Source: a virus
Lineage: Duplodnaviria > Caudoviricetes
DNA: 64,000 bases
Virus record (IMG/VR): IMGVR_UViG_3300025706_000001
Location: 32,001-96,000 of that record
Strand: one strand, 5' to 3'
Shown: piece by piece, positions 55,019-64,000 of the stretch
How positions within the stretch are numbered: position 1 is the stretch's first letter
How the letters are laid out: every line of letters starts with the position of its first letter
Position numbers and translations under genes: made by a program
The notes under the pieces: generated by a model
The model's input: the letters and a program-made list of their open reading frames with translations, nothing else
Told to the model about the DNA's origin: nothing
The model's database searches: none

Positions 55019-55855
55019 CTAAAGGTTCCTGGTAATCAGGAACTCGATGTTCACGTCGTTTGCCTGATTGCGGCTTGCCATTGTCCGCCATGCCCAACCA
55101 AATTCCGGCAGATACAGGCTGCGAATCAGTGGATGATCTCCGAATCGAACCACAACCCTGGCTTGCTGAAACAGACTTAGGACTGAGGCAAGCCTGCGTT
55201 GGCCTGCTTCGTCGATTTTATGCCTGTACTCTTCGCCAGCGCCTGGCCAATTGCAATCGACGTACAGACCGTGCATTGGTTCATCTTGGCATTTTGCCAG
55301 GAAGTCAAAGGCATCCATGCAAGTGAATTCGCATCGTCGGAAGGTTTCTCCCCAGGAGTCCAGGGCTTCGATTGCAGTGCGGTAGCGGCGATTGGAGCCG
55401 CCTCCGCTGGCGTTCCAGCGGATCGGGAGGCTGCCGTTGAATTCCGAGGCTGTCCCGGCTTTACCTCCCCGTCCCATCCAGACGCAGACAAAGTAAGCCA
55501 GGGCTGCATACTGATCTGGGCACGACGGAAACGATCCGATTGGTCTGGACGCCGCTTCTTGATGCCGTGCTAACTCGTCAGGATGATACGGAAGAGCGTC
55601 TGCTTGTTGCGCGAGCCATTTTCTCGATTCGTCATCCTTAACCACACGACATAAGTTCACGACGTGTCGATGCAGGTCGTTGCACAAAATCTGTTTGGCG
55701 TCGATCCACGGAACCTCGGAACAGCCGCCACAGAACGGAATGTAGACCATTCGGCAGCCAGCAAGTAAATCGCCGACATTCCTGGCTACATCGGTGCCAG
55801 AGCCAAACCACTGGACGAATCGGTCGCTCTTTCGAGGCTTTGCCTTACTGCTCAT
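55019..55855 (-). CDS. Dam-like (D12-class) DNA methyltransferase with a variant catalytic motif
   Basis: 'WFGS', 'PFCGG.S', 'ND.....N'. Motif IV reads DCNW instead of DPPY. Confidence 0.7.
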   Translation of the reverse strand: MSSKAKPRKSDRFVQWFGSGTDVARNVGDLLAGCRMVYIPFCGGCSEVPWIDAKQILCNDLHRHVVNLCRVVKDDESRKWLAQQADALPYHPDELARHQEAASRPIGSFPSCPDQYAALAYFVCVWMGRGGKAGTASEFNGSLPIRWNASGGGSNRRYRTAIEALDSWGETFRRCEFTCMDAFDFLAKCQDEPMHGLYVDCNWPGAGEEYRHKIDEAGQRRLASVLSLFQQARVVVRFGDHPLIRSLYLPEFGWAWRTMASRNQANDVNIEFLITRNL

Positions 55856-56130
55856 CTACTAGCCCTCAGCATCGACTCATTCAGGTGGCCAACCGACTTG
55901 TACCAATGACATCCACCATTTCCAGTGACGTAGCCTGCGTCCATGAGCCACATTCTAGCAGCGGCACTGCTTACAGCGGTTCCGGTGGTTTGACGAATCG
56001 CGTTCTGAAAGCAGGCTGTATTGAATAATGCGCCATGCTTTCCTGGTCCGCCATACGACTGCTTGGCTTGCCTTGTCCACAGCCAGATCAATAGTCGCCA
56101 TAAAACACGCCCCATCTGCCTGTCTCCCAT
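55852..56130 (-). CDS. Hypothetical protein
   Basis: 92-aa coupled ORF. Confidence 0.45.
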   Translation of the reverse strand: MGDRQMGRVLWRLLIWLWTRQAKQSYGGPGKHGALFNTACFQNAIRQTTGTAVSSAAARMWLMDAGYVTGNGGCHWYKSVGHLNESMLRASR

Positions 56131-56163
56131 AGATCAATAGTGTTCGCGAGCCGGCCGCGTCCG

Positions 56164-56643
56164 TCACGGCCGGCTATCCTCCTGCCCTCTTGGCTCGTCC
56201 CCTTTACACGCTGGTCCATCACCGCAGCCGACTCCCGGCACCCCGGAGGATTGTGTTGTTTGATTATCGAAGTAGTCTTTGAAAGTCACTTGCGCAGGTT
56301 CTGGCAGGCGCTGAACACTGCACGATTGTAAGACCTCTTCGTCGTACCAGTCTTTGTCAAGATGTTTTTTGATCGCCAAAAGTTCAGAAAGATCCAATGG
56401 TCTGCGACGGTCCTGGGGAAACATCTCGCCGTGCTGTAGTCCGTGGCAGATTGAACACAGTGGCAGGCAAACTTCGCGGAGCAGCTTGCGGGGCTTGTTC
56501 GTTATGTGCGCCCTTTGAATCCAAAACGGAGCATTATACCATTTTGGTCTACTGTGGCCGTAGCGCCCGCACCGCCAGCAGCGGTTTCCGGTGTCTTGGA
56601 TGAAGGTCTTGTACTTGGCTTCCTGCTCTGGGGTCGTCTTCAT
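56164..56643 (-). CDS. HNH/NinG-like Zn-binding nuclease
   Basis: CWRCG...AHI...PLCSICHG.QH. Confidence 0.65.
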   Translation of the reverse strand: MKTTPEQEAKYKTFIQDTGNRCWRCGRYGHSRPKWYNAPFWIQRAHITNKPRKLLREVCLPLCSICHGLQHGEMFPQDRRRPLDLSELLAIKKHLDKDWYDEEVLQSCSVQRLPEPAQVTFKDYFDNQTTQSSGVPGVGCGDGPACKGDEPRGQEDSRP

Positions 56644-57020
56644 TGCTCTGACTCATCCTGTATCCGCTGAAGTTCTTTCCGTCGCCTTCGCCCGATCTCC
56701 GAGATTAGACGGAATTCCTCTTTGGTCAACAAGCCGTATTTGTGTGTGGCTACCAGTTCTTTGCCGGTGGCCGACAAATCTTCCTGAGTGTGGCATTTAT
56801 CCTGGACGTACTTGATGATCCCTCTGGCTAACGGCCCAAGGCAGGCGTGTTCCTTGAAGATCCGCAAGCACTTTCCACAGGTGTTCCCAAAGGGATCGTC
56901 TAGCAGTGTAAACACTCTGCCATCTGGCATCTTCTCACCGCACACGCTCTCTGTGTCGGTTTCGTAGTAATGCCAAAGGCGTCCATCAACGGAAACCCAG
57001 ATCGGCTCACTTAGGTTCAT
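56640..57020 (-). CDS. Hypothetical Zn-finger protein
   Basis: 'H.......VCG...C.KC' motif; ATG 57020. Confidence 0.5.
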   Translation of the reverse strand: MNLSEPIWVSVDGRLWHYYETDTESVCGEKMPDGRVFTLLDDPFGNTCGKCLRIFKEHACLGPLARGIIKYVQDKCHTQEDLSATGKELVATHKYGLLTKEEFRLISEIGRRRRKELQRIQDESEQ

Positions 57021-59466
57021 TCTGGACTTTTGGTGCAAAGTTGGGGTACACTTCTGCGACAGGCTTTTTCCAGTCGCCGAATTTGGGAACTCGTTGCAAG
57101 CCCCTGGTATTCCACGGGGGAGATCCGATGGCGCGGGAGTACATCCGCGCCGCAGCGCCACAGGTGCGTCCCTTGCGGGCCATGACGGCGAGGCACTGGT
57201 TCCAGTATTTCTGCTTCTGCTCGAAGCTGTTGACGACGGGCTTCTTCTTTTCCCGCTTGATTTCTTTCAGTAGGCCGCGTTCTACGGCGATGGCTCGGCC
57301 TTGACGCGATTGTCGTGAGCCACAGTTCGGACAGACGGGCATTCCAGAGTAGGCACATCCGCAGGTCGTGCAGATGATCGGTTCCTTGGTTCCACCTTCC
57401 TTGCGTTTCTTCTGGTATTCCTGGTCGATGGACCGGGATTTCTCCAGCGGCCACTCGATGTCTTCGTCGGGGAAGCCGTGGGCGACGACGCCGCCCGCAT
57501 GATCCAAAATTATACAGTTGTGGACGAGGCAATCGTTTGCGGTGAACCTCTGTAAAGGCCCTGCATTGAGAATGTCCCATACTTCCCTTTTGGCTTGCAA
57601 GACGGACGGTTCCAGCGAGCAATTATTTCTTCGTCTGTCATCTGCAAGAGAATCAAGTGTTGAAGAGTTGCGTCTGCGTACCGAATCTCTGGGTAATTTG
57701 CTCGGAAGCTGACAAGTCGTTCCCGAGATCCGCGATTTCTCCTCGTATTGTTCTGCTGCTGAACATTGTTGGCCCACCGCAAGTTTCCCGGTTCGTAATG
57801 CCCCATGTTGTCGATTCTGTCGATCGTCCACTCTCTCCCATGAATTCCAAGATTGTCCGCAATCCATTGAGCGGCTGCGTTTGGACTTGAGAACCTGAAC
57901 TCGACTCCACGGGCACCGTACCGATAGTACGCATAAGACTCCACGTTTTGGCACCTGTCCTGCTGCGACTGACATCGTTGATACAGCCATTTCGGCACTT
58001 TCACAGGCACTCGTGGCGTACACTTCGGACACGCCCTTGTATTGGGTCGCCTGCGCATATTGTGGTATCGACTCATGTAGACAGTTCCGCACTCCGCACA
58101 CTTGACTTCGACAAGCAGGCTCCAGGATGTGCCCTGTGTTTTGCGTGATACGATGGTCAGTGACCCAAACTGGGCACCCACCAGATCCGCTCTTAACAAT
58201 CCGCAGTCGTCCACTAGCCGCTTCGGAGATACTTTTCCATCCTTCATTGGTCATTACCCTGTGGTCTGGAGTAGCAGTAAGCCCGTCGTATGACATCACA
58301 GACTGCACGCCTTTACAAACAGCGCCGCCGTGACTAACAAAGCGTACACCATCCCACACCTTGTGGTCAAGAGTAATATCTTGTATTTCGACCAGTCCTA
58401 ATTGAGTAAGGATAAGTGACCCTCTGGCTATGCAATCCTGCTTTCCTTCAAATGGTCGTAATGCACGTCCGCACCTTTGTCGATACATGACCAGGGAGCG
58501 GCACGGGGATGCAATGACAACGCAAGAAACTTCTGGAACGTCGATTCCGTATGAGCATATATTGACATTGCACAGCACTTGAATCGCCCCTGATTTCAGG
58601 TCATCAAATGCTTGGGCGCGTTCATCGGAAGGCGTGGTGTCATCAACATGTGCCGCTCGAATTCCTGCTTTGAGAAATTCGTCTCGCAGGTGAGTGGCAT
58701 GAGATTGGGTTGCCCCAAACACAAACGTTTTGCGGTCGCTGGCAAGGCGAATCCAGTTTTCAACGATGTCGCCAACGAGCTTAGGCTTGTCCACTCGCTT
58801 GGCAGCTTCGGACTCCCATTCAATTGAGCGAACGCCTTTCATGTCCGGCGCGTGACCCAGGAACACCCTGGCCGGCACTAGGAATCCAAGTTCTCGCAAT
58901 TCCTCGTAGCCTGCGGCAGTCACGATGCTTTCCCAGAAGTCGCCCAGTCCCTTGCCGTCTGCGCGTCCTGGAGTCGCAGACAGGCCGAGTGTGACCATGC
59001 CTGGATTCTGCTTCTCGATTTCCAACATTAAGGCCATGAAGCGAGGGGCGGCTGACAGGTGGCATTCATCGACCGCAAGTACGTTTGTCTTGGGGATCGG
59101 TATTTTGCTGCGGCGCACAGCACGATGATGCAACGTATCCTTGGACACCACCAAACATTCGCTGCCGGCCATCTGTTCACCCAGTCCAGCAGCAATGAAC
59201 GAATACTTGATATCGCAGTCGATCAAGTGCTCGGCTGTCTGACGAAGAAGTTCTCGTCGCGGGGCCATGAACATCGACAGCGAGCCGCGATTAGCAGAGA
59301 GCTTTATGATACCGCACGTTAGGGTGGTTTTTCCCGATCCCGTCGGCGAGTTGATGATGATCCGCCTGCGCCCCTTCCTGATCTCGTCTCTGACCTTCTC
59401 GATCAGGTTGCACTGGTACGGGCGAAGACGTTTACTGCCGAGGTCGAGTTCAGAAAGATCGGTCAT
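57007..59466 (-). CDS. SF2 DExH helicase (RadD/YejH-like) containing an intein
   Basis: LRPYQ, PTGSGKT, DECH, LSATP, GIDVP, QRCGRALR, LDHAG, and a C-terminal Zn finger. Confidence 0.9.
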   Translation of the reverse strand: MTDLSELDLGSKRLRPYQCNLIEKVRDEIRKGRRRIIINSPTGSGKTTLTCGIIKLSANRGSLSMFMAPRRELLRQTAEHLIDCDIKYSFIAAGLGEQMAGSECLVVSKDTLHHRAVRRSKIPIPKTNVLAVDECHLSAAPRFMALMLEIEKQNPGMVTLGLSATPGRADGKGLGDFWESIVTAAGYEELRELGFLVPARVFLGHAPDMKGVRSIEWESEAAKRVDKPKLVGDIVENWIRLASDRKTFVFGATQSHATHLRDEFLKAGIRAAHVDDTTPSDERAQAFDDLKSGAIQVLCNVNICSYGIDVPEVSCVVIASPCRSLVMYRQRCGRALRPFEGKQDCIARGSLILTQLGLVEIQDITLDHKVWDGVRFVSHGGAVCKGVQSVMSYDGLTATPDHRVMTNEGWKSISEAASGRLRIVKSGSGGCPVWVTDHRITQNTGHILEPACRSQVCGVRNCLHESIPQYAQATQYKGVSEVYATSACESAEMAVSTMSVAAGQVPKRGVLCVLSVRCPWSRVQVLKSKRSRSMDCGQSWNSWERVDDRQNRQHGALRTGKLAVGQQCSAAEQYEEKSRISGTTCQLPSKLPRDSVRRRNSSTLDSLADDRRRNNCSLEPSVLQAKREVWDILNAGPLQRFTANDCLVHNCIILDHAGGVVAHGFPDEDIEWPLEKSRSIDQEYQKKRKEGGTKEPIICTTCGCAYSGMPVCPNCGSRQSRQGRAIAVERGLLKEIKREKKKPVVNSFEQKQKYWNQCLAVMARKGRTCGAAARMYSRAIGSPPWNTRGLQRVPKFGDWKKPVAEVYPNFAPKVQNEPK
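57510..58247 (-). CDS. HNH homing endonuclease nested in a shifted frame within the intein
   Basis: 'DLVG.QFG.LTI', C..C pairs, 'Y.RYGARGV', 'TIDRIDN.GHYEPGNLRWA..QQQNN.R'. Frame differs from the helicase (offset 1219 nt). Confidence 0.85.
   Translation of the reverse strand: MKDGKVSPKRLVDDCGLLRADLVGAQFGSLTIVSRKTQGTSWSLLVEVKCAECGTVYMSRYHNMRRRPNTRACPKCTPRVPVKVPKWLYQRCQSQQDRCQNVESYAYYRYGARGVEFRFSSPNAAAQWIADNLGIHGREWTIDRIDNMGHYEPGNLRWANNVQQQNNTRRNRGSRERLVSFRANYPEIRYADATLQHLILLQMTDEEIIARWNRPSCKPKGKYGTFSMQGLYRGSPQTIASSTTV
57517..58434 (-). mobile_element. Intein (306 aa) in the helicase after motif VI
   Basis: Junctions GKQD|CIARGS...LVHN|CIILD. Block B 'ATPDHRV', block F 'VWDI', block G 'RFTAN..VHN'. 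Confidence 0.9.
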
Positions 59467-59472
59467 TAGTTT

Positions 59473-59760
59473 CTACATCGTTATAGAGTTAGAGAACTGA
59501 AACCGTTCCGCTTCACGCGGTAACTTGTTCCACAGTTCGATGGTCTTTGACTTGTCCGATTCGCACCACGTTGCTACGAATCCGCAGTTCTGGCAGTCGA
59601 TGAAACAGACTCCAAACATCGACATCAAACGCGGCGAGTACGATTCCCACGGGCCTGTTCGTCCTCCCATTCTGCGAACGTGTTCGTCGTAGGCATCGCG
59701 GTCGAAACCACACGACGGGCATGGCTTCAACTGAGTGTATCCAGTGGCATCAGTTGACAT
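59473..59760 (-). CDS. Lar-like restriction alleviation family protein
   Basis: LKPCP.CG ... C..CG ... I..WN. Confidence 0.65.
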   Translation of the reverse strand: MSTDATGYTQLKPCPSCGFDRDAYDEHVRRMGGRTGPWESYSPRLMSMFGVCFIDCQNCGFVATWCESDKSKTIELWNKLPREAERFQFSNSITM

Positions 59761-59905
59761 TTAATTTTGCCTCGGCTTTCTGCTTTCAACGTAGTCACAC
59801 CAGTTGAGCATGGCTTCAACGACGCTCGGTTTGTCGTGCCGAAACACCTGTCCGTCGGGAAGGGTCACGACCCATTTGCGGGCTTCTTTGTCCCAAGCGA
59901 AGCGA

Positions 59906-60133
59906 TTATCCATCATCATCCTCACTCCACCAATCATAGGCATCCCATTCAGGCTCGTCGTCTTCGCCAATTTCGTCGCACATTCCACCAGCCAGCACGC
60001 CATCACAAGGGCCGTTGGCACACCGGCAGTGTTTCGATACTTGCGCGACAAACTCTTGGTACTCAGAGCTGTTCATGAATTCTTCGGGTTCCGTAGTGCC
60101 AGATGGGTTGTTGTCGATAAGCTCGCTAGTCAT
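59906..60133 (-). CDS. Small acidic Cys-containing protein
   Basis: 75 aa, coupled to the upstream gene. Confidence 0.45.
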   Translation of the reverse strand: MTSELIDNNPSGTTEPEEFMNSSEYQEFVAQVSKHCRCANGPCDGVLAGGMCDEIGEDDEPEWDAYDWWSEDDDG

Positions 60134-60632
60134 CGCTCTTTTCTTTCAGCCGGAAATTGTCATCGGGAACGTGCTTTACGTCAATGATCTCGTAACCGCT
60201 GTCGCCTAGCCAGTATGGCATACGCAGCCACTCTTTGTAAGTCAAGCAAACACGAGTCTTTGCGCCGGTGATGGCTTGGACGTTTTGGCGAACCTGTTCG
60301 TCTGGAACTGAGAACTCGAACGGCGACTGAAGCGATGCCATTTCACCGACACCGAGTTGCACTTGGCCTTCCCAGGTCTTCCAGATGACTCCCTTGCGGC
60401 TCAGCTTCGTGACGTAGCCAATTCGCTCACCGGTGCCGTAGTCTGGCATCAGGCCGCCTGTGACGCTAATTAGCGGCGGCAGTGATAGGCCGCCGACGAG
60501 AGACATAACAGCGCCTGTCACGATCGCTACTGCGATGACCTCTACTGCGTCAAGGTCATGCGACCTGGCGATCTTTATTGACATGGCAACCGCGATTACA
60601 ATGAGAGACAGGACAAACACTATGCCGATCAT
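60126..60632 (-). CDS. Conserved phage membrane protein
   Basis: Two TM helices, then 'G.R.G...KLS.KG...KTWEG', 'FEFSV'. Confidence 0.65.
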   Translation of the reverse strand: MIGIVFVLSLIVIAVAMSIKIARSHDLDAVEVIAVAIVTGAVMSLVGGLSLPPLISVTGGLMPDYGTGERIGYVTKLSRKGVIWKTWEGQVQLGVGEMASLQSPFEFSVPDEQVRQNVQAITGAKTRVCLTYKEWLRMPYWLGDSGYEIIDVKHVPDDNFRLKEKSDD

Positions 60633-60674
60633 GTTTCACCTTTCAGTAGTACGATTAGATACAGCGCAGCTGGA

Positions 60675-61910
60675 TTACTTCTTCCCCTTAGTCTTGGCTT
60701 GGTAGTCCCGGTACGTCCACGCCGGCATGACGCCCGACGCTTGGCACCATCCACACGACTGGCCCTTCTCGTCTTTCTTCTTGCCCTTGCACGCCGGGCA
60801 GACCACAGCCGGCTGACAGTTGCCGATAGCCTGGGCGTAGTCCTTCAGGTCATCACAAAGTTGTGAAAGCTCTTTGATCCAGTAGGGCGTCTTTTGGAGG
60901 TGGACCTTAGCTTCAACGACGATCCGCTTCAGCGTCTTTTCGGTTTGCTCATACCATCGGTTCATTAAGACCGATTGCAAGGCGGCCGGGATCTCCTGCT
61001 TGGCCGCGTCCTTCGGCGGGCCGTCGAACTCGCCCATCGCTTGACCCAGGGTGCGGATTCCGTTTTTGCCGATCAAGGCCACGATCTCGCGCTGCTTGTC
61101 CATGTCGTACTCGGACAAGCGGGTGATCTCGGCTTCACCCGGCTTGATCTCGTTCTTCAACTGGTCCTTGATGTTGGTGGCAATGTTATCCCAGGGGTCT
61201 GCGTCGGCCTTGGGTTTGGACGCCTTCTTGGGCGGCTTGCGCAGATAGCCGCGTTTCTTCATGGCGGTCTGGAGATTGGGTGCGTTGCCAACCCTGACAT
61301 CGCGGGCGATTTCCTCTTGCTTGCTGCGTTCGAGCGTGGCCAACTTGCGAACCGCTTCGTCGGTGCCCTTGATTTGTCCGGTCTCGATCATGGCCGCGAT
61401 CTTGGACGGCATCTTTTCCAGGGCTTCGGCGAACTTGCCGTCGCGCTTGATCGTGGATTCGTCCACGCCCGTCTCTTTGGCCACGACCTCGGCCGTCGAA
61501 CTGCTGTTCGTCTCGGCCAACAGTTCAGTCTGGCCTTTTGAACGGTCACCGCCCCGCTGGCCTTTGATCCGGTTGTATCGCATCCCGCGCAACTTGCGAA
61601 CGGCGGCTGGCTGAAGGACGTTGCGGCGATTGTACTGGTGGTAGAACACCCAGTCTTCGGCGTCGTCCAGGTTGTCGATTTCAGGGAATAGCTTCGTCTC
61701 ATACTTCTTCAAGCCATTCTTTTGGATCAGCTTCCACCGCGTCATTCCATCCAGAATCACATCCCTGCCGTCGATTCTGGCGTACACAATTGGGTCCAGG
61801 ACAACCTTGTCGTCAATCAAGTTTTCTTCCAGGCCGTCGAGCTGTTCCTGGGTGTGGGCTGGAAGGACTTTGACGAGGCGGGGATCAATCACGAGGTCAG
61901 GAGTCGGCAT
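60675..61910 (-). CDS. ParB/Srx N-terminal domain protein with HTH and a C-terminal CxxC finger
   Basis: 'L.E.L....DPI......ILDG.TR', 'RRN', 'GGDR', 'VAKETGV..STI.RD', 'CPACKG...C.WC..SG'. Confidence 0.75.
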   Translation of the reverse strand: MPTPDLVIDPRLVKVLPAHTQEQLDGLEENLIDDKVVLDPIVYARIDGRDVILDGMTRWKLIQKNGLKKYETKLFPEIDNLDDAEDWVFYHQYNRRNVLQPAAVRKLRGMRYNRIKGQRGGDRSKGQTELLAETNSSSTAEVVAKETGVDESTIKRDGKFAEALEKMPSKIAAMIETGQIKGTDEAVRKLATLERSKQEEIARDVRVGNAPNLQTAMKKRGYLRKPPKKASKPKADADPWDNIATNIKDQLKNEIKPGEAEITRLSEYDMDKQREIVALIGKNGIRTLGQAMGEFDGPPKDAAKQEIPAALQSVLMNRWYEQTEKTLKRIVVEAKVHLQKTPYWIKELSQLCDDLKDYAQAIGNCQPAVVCPACKGKKKDEKGQSCGWCQASGVMPAWTYRDYQAKTKGKK

Positions 61911-62004
61911 AGAATGTCCTTTCGTGGGAAGGGGTGTGAACTGGTTATTTTCGTAGAAAAAGGGTGTTAGGTCAACCTGGACTGGAGAGTAGCAATGCTG
62001 GTTT

Positions 62005-62304
62005 CTATCGCCCCACCTTCCTTCCTGGCTTCGGAAACAGAATCCGCTCGCCGTTGTCTGGCAGGACGGCCTTTAGTGGCAGCCAGCAACGTCCTTGGTA
62101 AGCCGAGGCGTTGTAGATTCGTCGGAACGCATTTTGGTATTCACGCGAAAATGTTCCTCGCTCGAACCGAACGACAACTTCCTCGTCTTCCAGACTGTCA
62201 ACTGTGGCCACTGCACCACCAATTTCAAAGCCCGGAAGGTCTCGGTCGTGGTAGCCATGACGGATTCGCACTTTCATTCCGACTTTGATGTTACGCTTGC
62301 GCAT
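62005..62304 (-). CDS. Hypothetical protein (SH3-like)
   Basis: ATG 62304; 'IKVGMKVRI'. Confidence 0.5.
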   Translation of the reverse strand: MRKRNIKVGMKVRIRHGYHDRDLPGFEIGGAVATVDSLEDEEVVVRFERGTFSREYQNAFRRIYNASAYQGRCWLPLKAVLPDNGERILFPKPGRKVGR

Positions 62305-62315
62305 TGAGTGGTCCT

Positions 62316-63107
62316 TTATTCGCCGCCTTCCGGCAGGTCGTCCAGGTTGATCCCGTTCTCGGCCTGATCCGGCTGCGGAACCAGGGATGTTTGCGGCTCT
62401 TCGCGCTCGGCTTGCTCGTCCAGAGCGACGGCGTAGGCCATTTGCCGGGTCAATCGCCATCGCTTAGCGGCGCGACGAACAGCCGTCTTGAGCGACATGG
62501 CCGGATAGTTCGTTTTCCACACGTTCCGTCCGGTGTCGATCTGCTTCAGTTCCTCACGCTCAACGTAAACAACGCCCTTGCCACCGGCCTTGGTAGCATA
62601 AGTGCAGTATACCCCGATGATGTTCTCGCGGGTCGGTTTGTCCCGTGGGATCGGGATGCGGTGCTTGACGTAAGGGCCTTGCTCGGTGTGGCCCCGGTAG
62701 ATTTCTTCGCCGTTCAGGACGAATTCAGGGTCACACTGAACCAGGAAGTCGTTAGCGAAGGCTAAGTCCAACATGCCCTTGTAGCCGGGCATGAACTGGA
62801 CTTCGACGTATTCGCCTTTCTGGCCGCGATGACGGGTGTAGCCAACCAAGTACGAATGGCCGAGCGCAGGCCCCAAGAGCAGTCCGACCACCGCGCCGTT
62901 GAACACGGACTTGACGATGCTCTCGATGGTTCTCGGATCACTCAGTTGCTCGTCCGAGAACTGCATCCGCAACATGTTGACTTCGGCGATCGCGGACGCG
63001 AGATACTGGTCCGGGTCGATGCCCGGCGAGACGAAAGTTGCCAGGGTGTCCTTGAGCGACACGAGGACTTGTGCAGCTTTGGTTTTGGCGGTTGGTAGTA
63101 GGTTCAT
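62316..63107 (-). CDS. recT: RecT-family single-strand annealing recombinase
   Basis: 'GL......G.SYLV.Y', 'QF..GYKG...LA', 'W...Y..M..KT.VRR..K'. Confidence 0.9.
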   Translation of the reverse strand: MNLLPTAKTKAAQVLVSLKDTLATFVSPGIDPDQYLASAIAEVNMLRMQFSDEQLSDPRTIESIVKSVFNGAVVGLLLGPALGHSYLVGYTRHRGQKGEYVEVQFMPGYKGMLDLAFANDFLVQCDPEFVLNGEEIYRGHTEQGPYVKHRIPIPRDKPTRENIIGVYCTYATKAGGKGVVYVEREELKQIDTGRNVWKTNYPAMSLKTAVRRAAKRWRLTRQMAYAVALDEQAEREEPQTSLVPQPDQAENGINLDDLPEGGE

Positions 63108-63121
63108 TTGTTCCTCTTGCG

Positions 63122-64000
63122 TTAGGTTCCCAAGTAGTAGTCGATTACGCGATCCGGCAGTCCACCCCACTCGATCTCATTGGAGTACCCCTGCCATTCC
63201 CCGGTATTCTTGCCAACTAGATACTTCGACAACAATTCCCTGTACTGAATCCTGCCGACGAGGATGTCCTTGCGAGTTGCGCCAAGGGCGAGAATACCGT
63301 GGGGGTAATCTTCCTCGATGGCGATCCACACGAACGTTGGCGGATCGTTGGTCAGGCTGGTCACGGCGTCGCAGTACCATGCAGCCTTAGCGGCGTAGTT
63401 GTAGTTGTCGATCTCGTGCTGGAACTTGTCCTTGCGAGCATAACCGAGTCGGCACTTCTTCAGATCCACGATCACCGGGGCCAGCTTATCGTTGCGCGGA
63501 ACGAGCTTGTCCAGTCGTCCCTTGCACAGGATGCCTTCGGTTTCCCAGATGACTGTGGCCTCGAATCCACCGCGCTGCCGCAGAAGCCGCACCACCTTGT
63601 GCGACTTGATCTTGTGGGCCATTGCCTCAACCCGCTCGGCTTCTTCCTGCGTCAGTACGTTCGGGGCGGGTTCCATGCCGTCCCAAGCGTGCTTACCACA
63701 GAGCCATTTTCCGCCTTCGACGTGGTAGATCGCAGAGCAGCCACAGGGCTCGCCCTTGCGCTTTCCGGACTTCAGCGGTTCCTGGCAGCCTGGGGACACC
63801 GAGAACGTCTTGGCGTATACGTTAGGCTCCAGCAATCGGGCATGTACAGCCCGACCGAAGTTCATGGCCTGGGAGTCCTTCTTCAGCTTGCCGTCCAGGG
63901 CGGCTTTCAGGTGTTCGGCGCTGAACTTGCCCCAGTCCAGGGTTGAGATGTTCAGGGCTGGGATCTTGCAGTATTCGTCGAACGGAATGTCATAAAAGAT
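63122..64000 (-). CDS. RecE/exonuclease VIII-like PD-(D/E)XK nuclease, 5' truncated
   Basis: Frame open to the window end (IFYDIPFDEY...). 'FG.AVH..LLEP', 'KGRLD', 'VDLK'; adjacent to recT. Confidence 0.85.
   Translation of the reverse strand: MFYDIPFDEYCKIPALNISTLDWGKFSAEHLKAALDGKLKKDSQAMNFGRAVHARLLEPNVYAKTFSVSPGCQEPLKSGKRKGEPCGCSAIYHVEGGKWLCGKHAWDGMEPAPNVLTQEEAERVEAMAHKIKSHKVVRLLRQRGGFEATVIWETEGILCKGRLDKLVPRNDKLAPVIVDLKKCRLGYARKDKFQHEIDNYNYAAKAAWYCDAVTSLTNDPPTFVWIAIEEDYPHGILALGATRKDILVGRIQYRELLSKYLVGKNTGEWQGYSNEIEWGGLPDRVIDYYLGT

Noticed and set aside
1-64000. Stop-codon reassignment or tRNA genes
   Set aside because: Genes tile densely under the standard code using TAA, TAG and TGA stops; no tRNA cloverleaf was recognised.

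Overview
This window is a 64-kb segment of a tailed (Caudoviricetes) phage or prophage genome, with nearly all real genes on the minus strand. Reading from high to low coordinates, it opens with a replication/recombination block: RecE-like exonuclease, RecT, ParB-like protein, Lar-like protein, an intein-containing SF2 helicase, an HNH/NinG-like protein, a Dam-like MTase and a DUF1064 nuclease. Next come secreted/membrane proteins (C1 peptidase, B12 radical SAM, beta-helix) and fibre-like virion proteins. The head module follows: a Mu-like (DUF935) portal, two giant polyvalent proteins plus smaller head-associated proteins, protease/scaffold, decoration protein, major capsid and adaptor. The tail module has two tail-tube paralogues, a frameshifting tail chaperone, a Pro-rich protein in the tape-measure slot and Cys-rich tail-tip genes. 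Selfish elements are three solo tnpB genes, two inteins and two HNH endonucleases. Four observations stand out. (1) An intein encodes its HNH endonuclease in an overlapping, shifted reading frame. (2) A tnpB sits inside a 19-bp TIR / 8-bp TSD element with IS256-like ends. (3) A repeated [DE/K]-x-Y-[AST] motif marks domain boundaries of the giant head proteins and, with a shared 'F..A..AYY' helix, suggests a capsid-loaded, protease-processed effector polyprotein system (sigma-like, ART-like, 2H, helicase, InPase and ddrB-ParB domains). (4) A second tnpB has a putative guide that nearly matches its own upstream region. A Planctomycetota-like host is only a guess from protein style. All family calls come from motif recognition by eye, not database searches.
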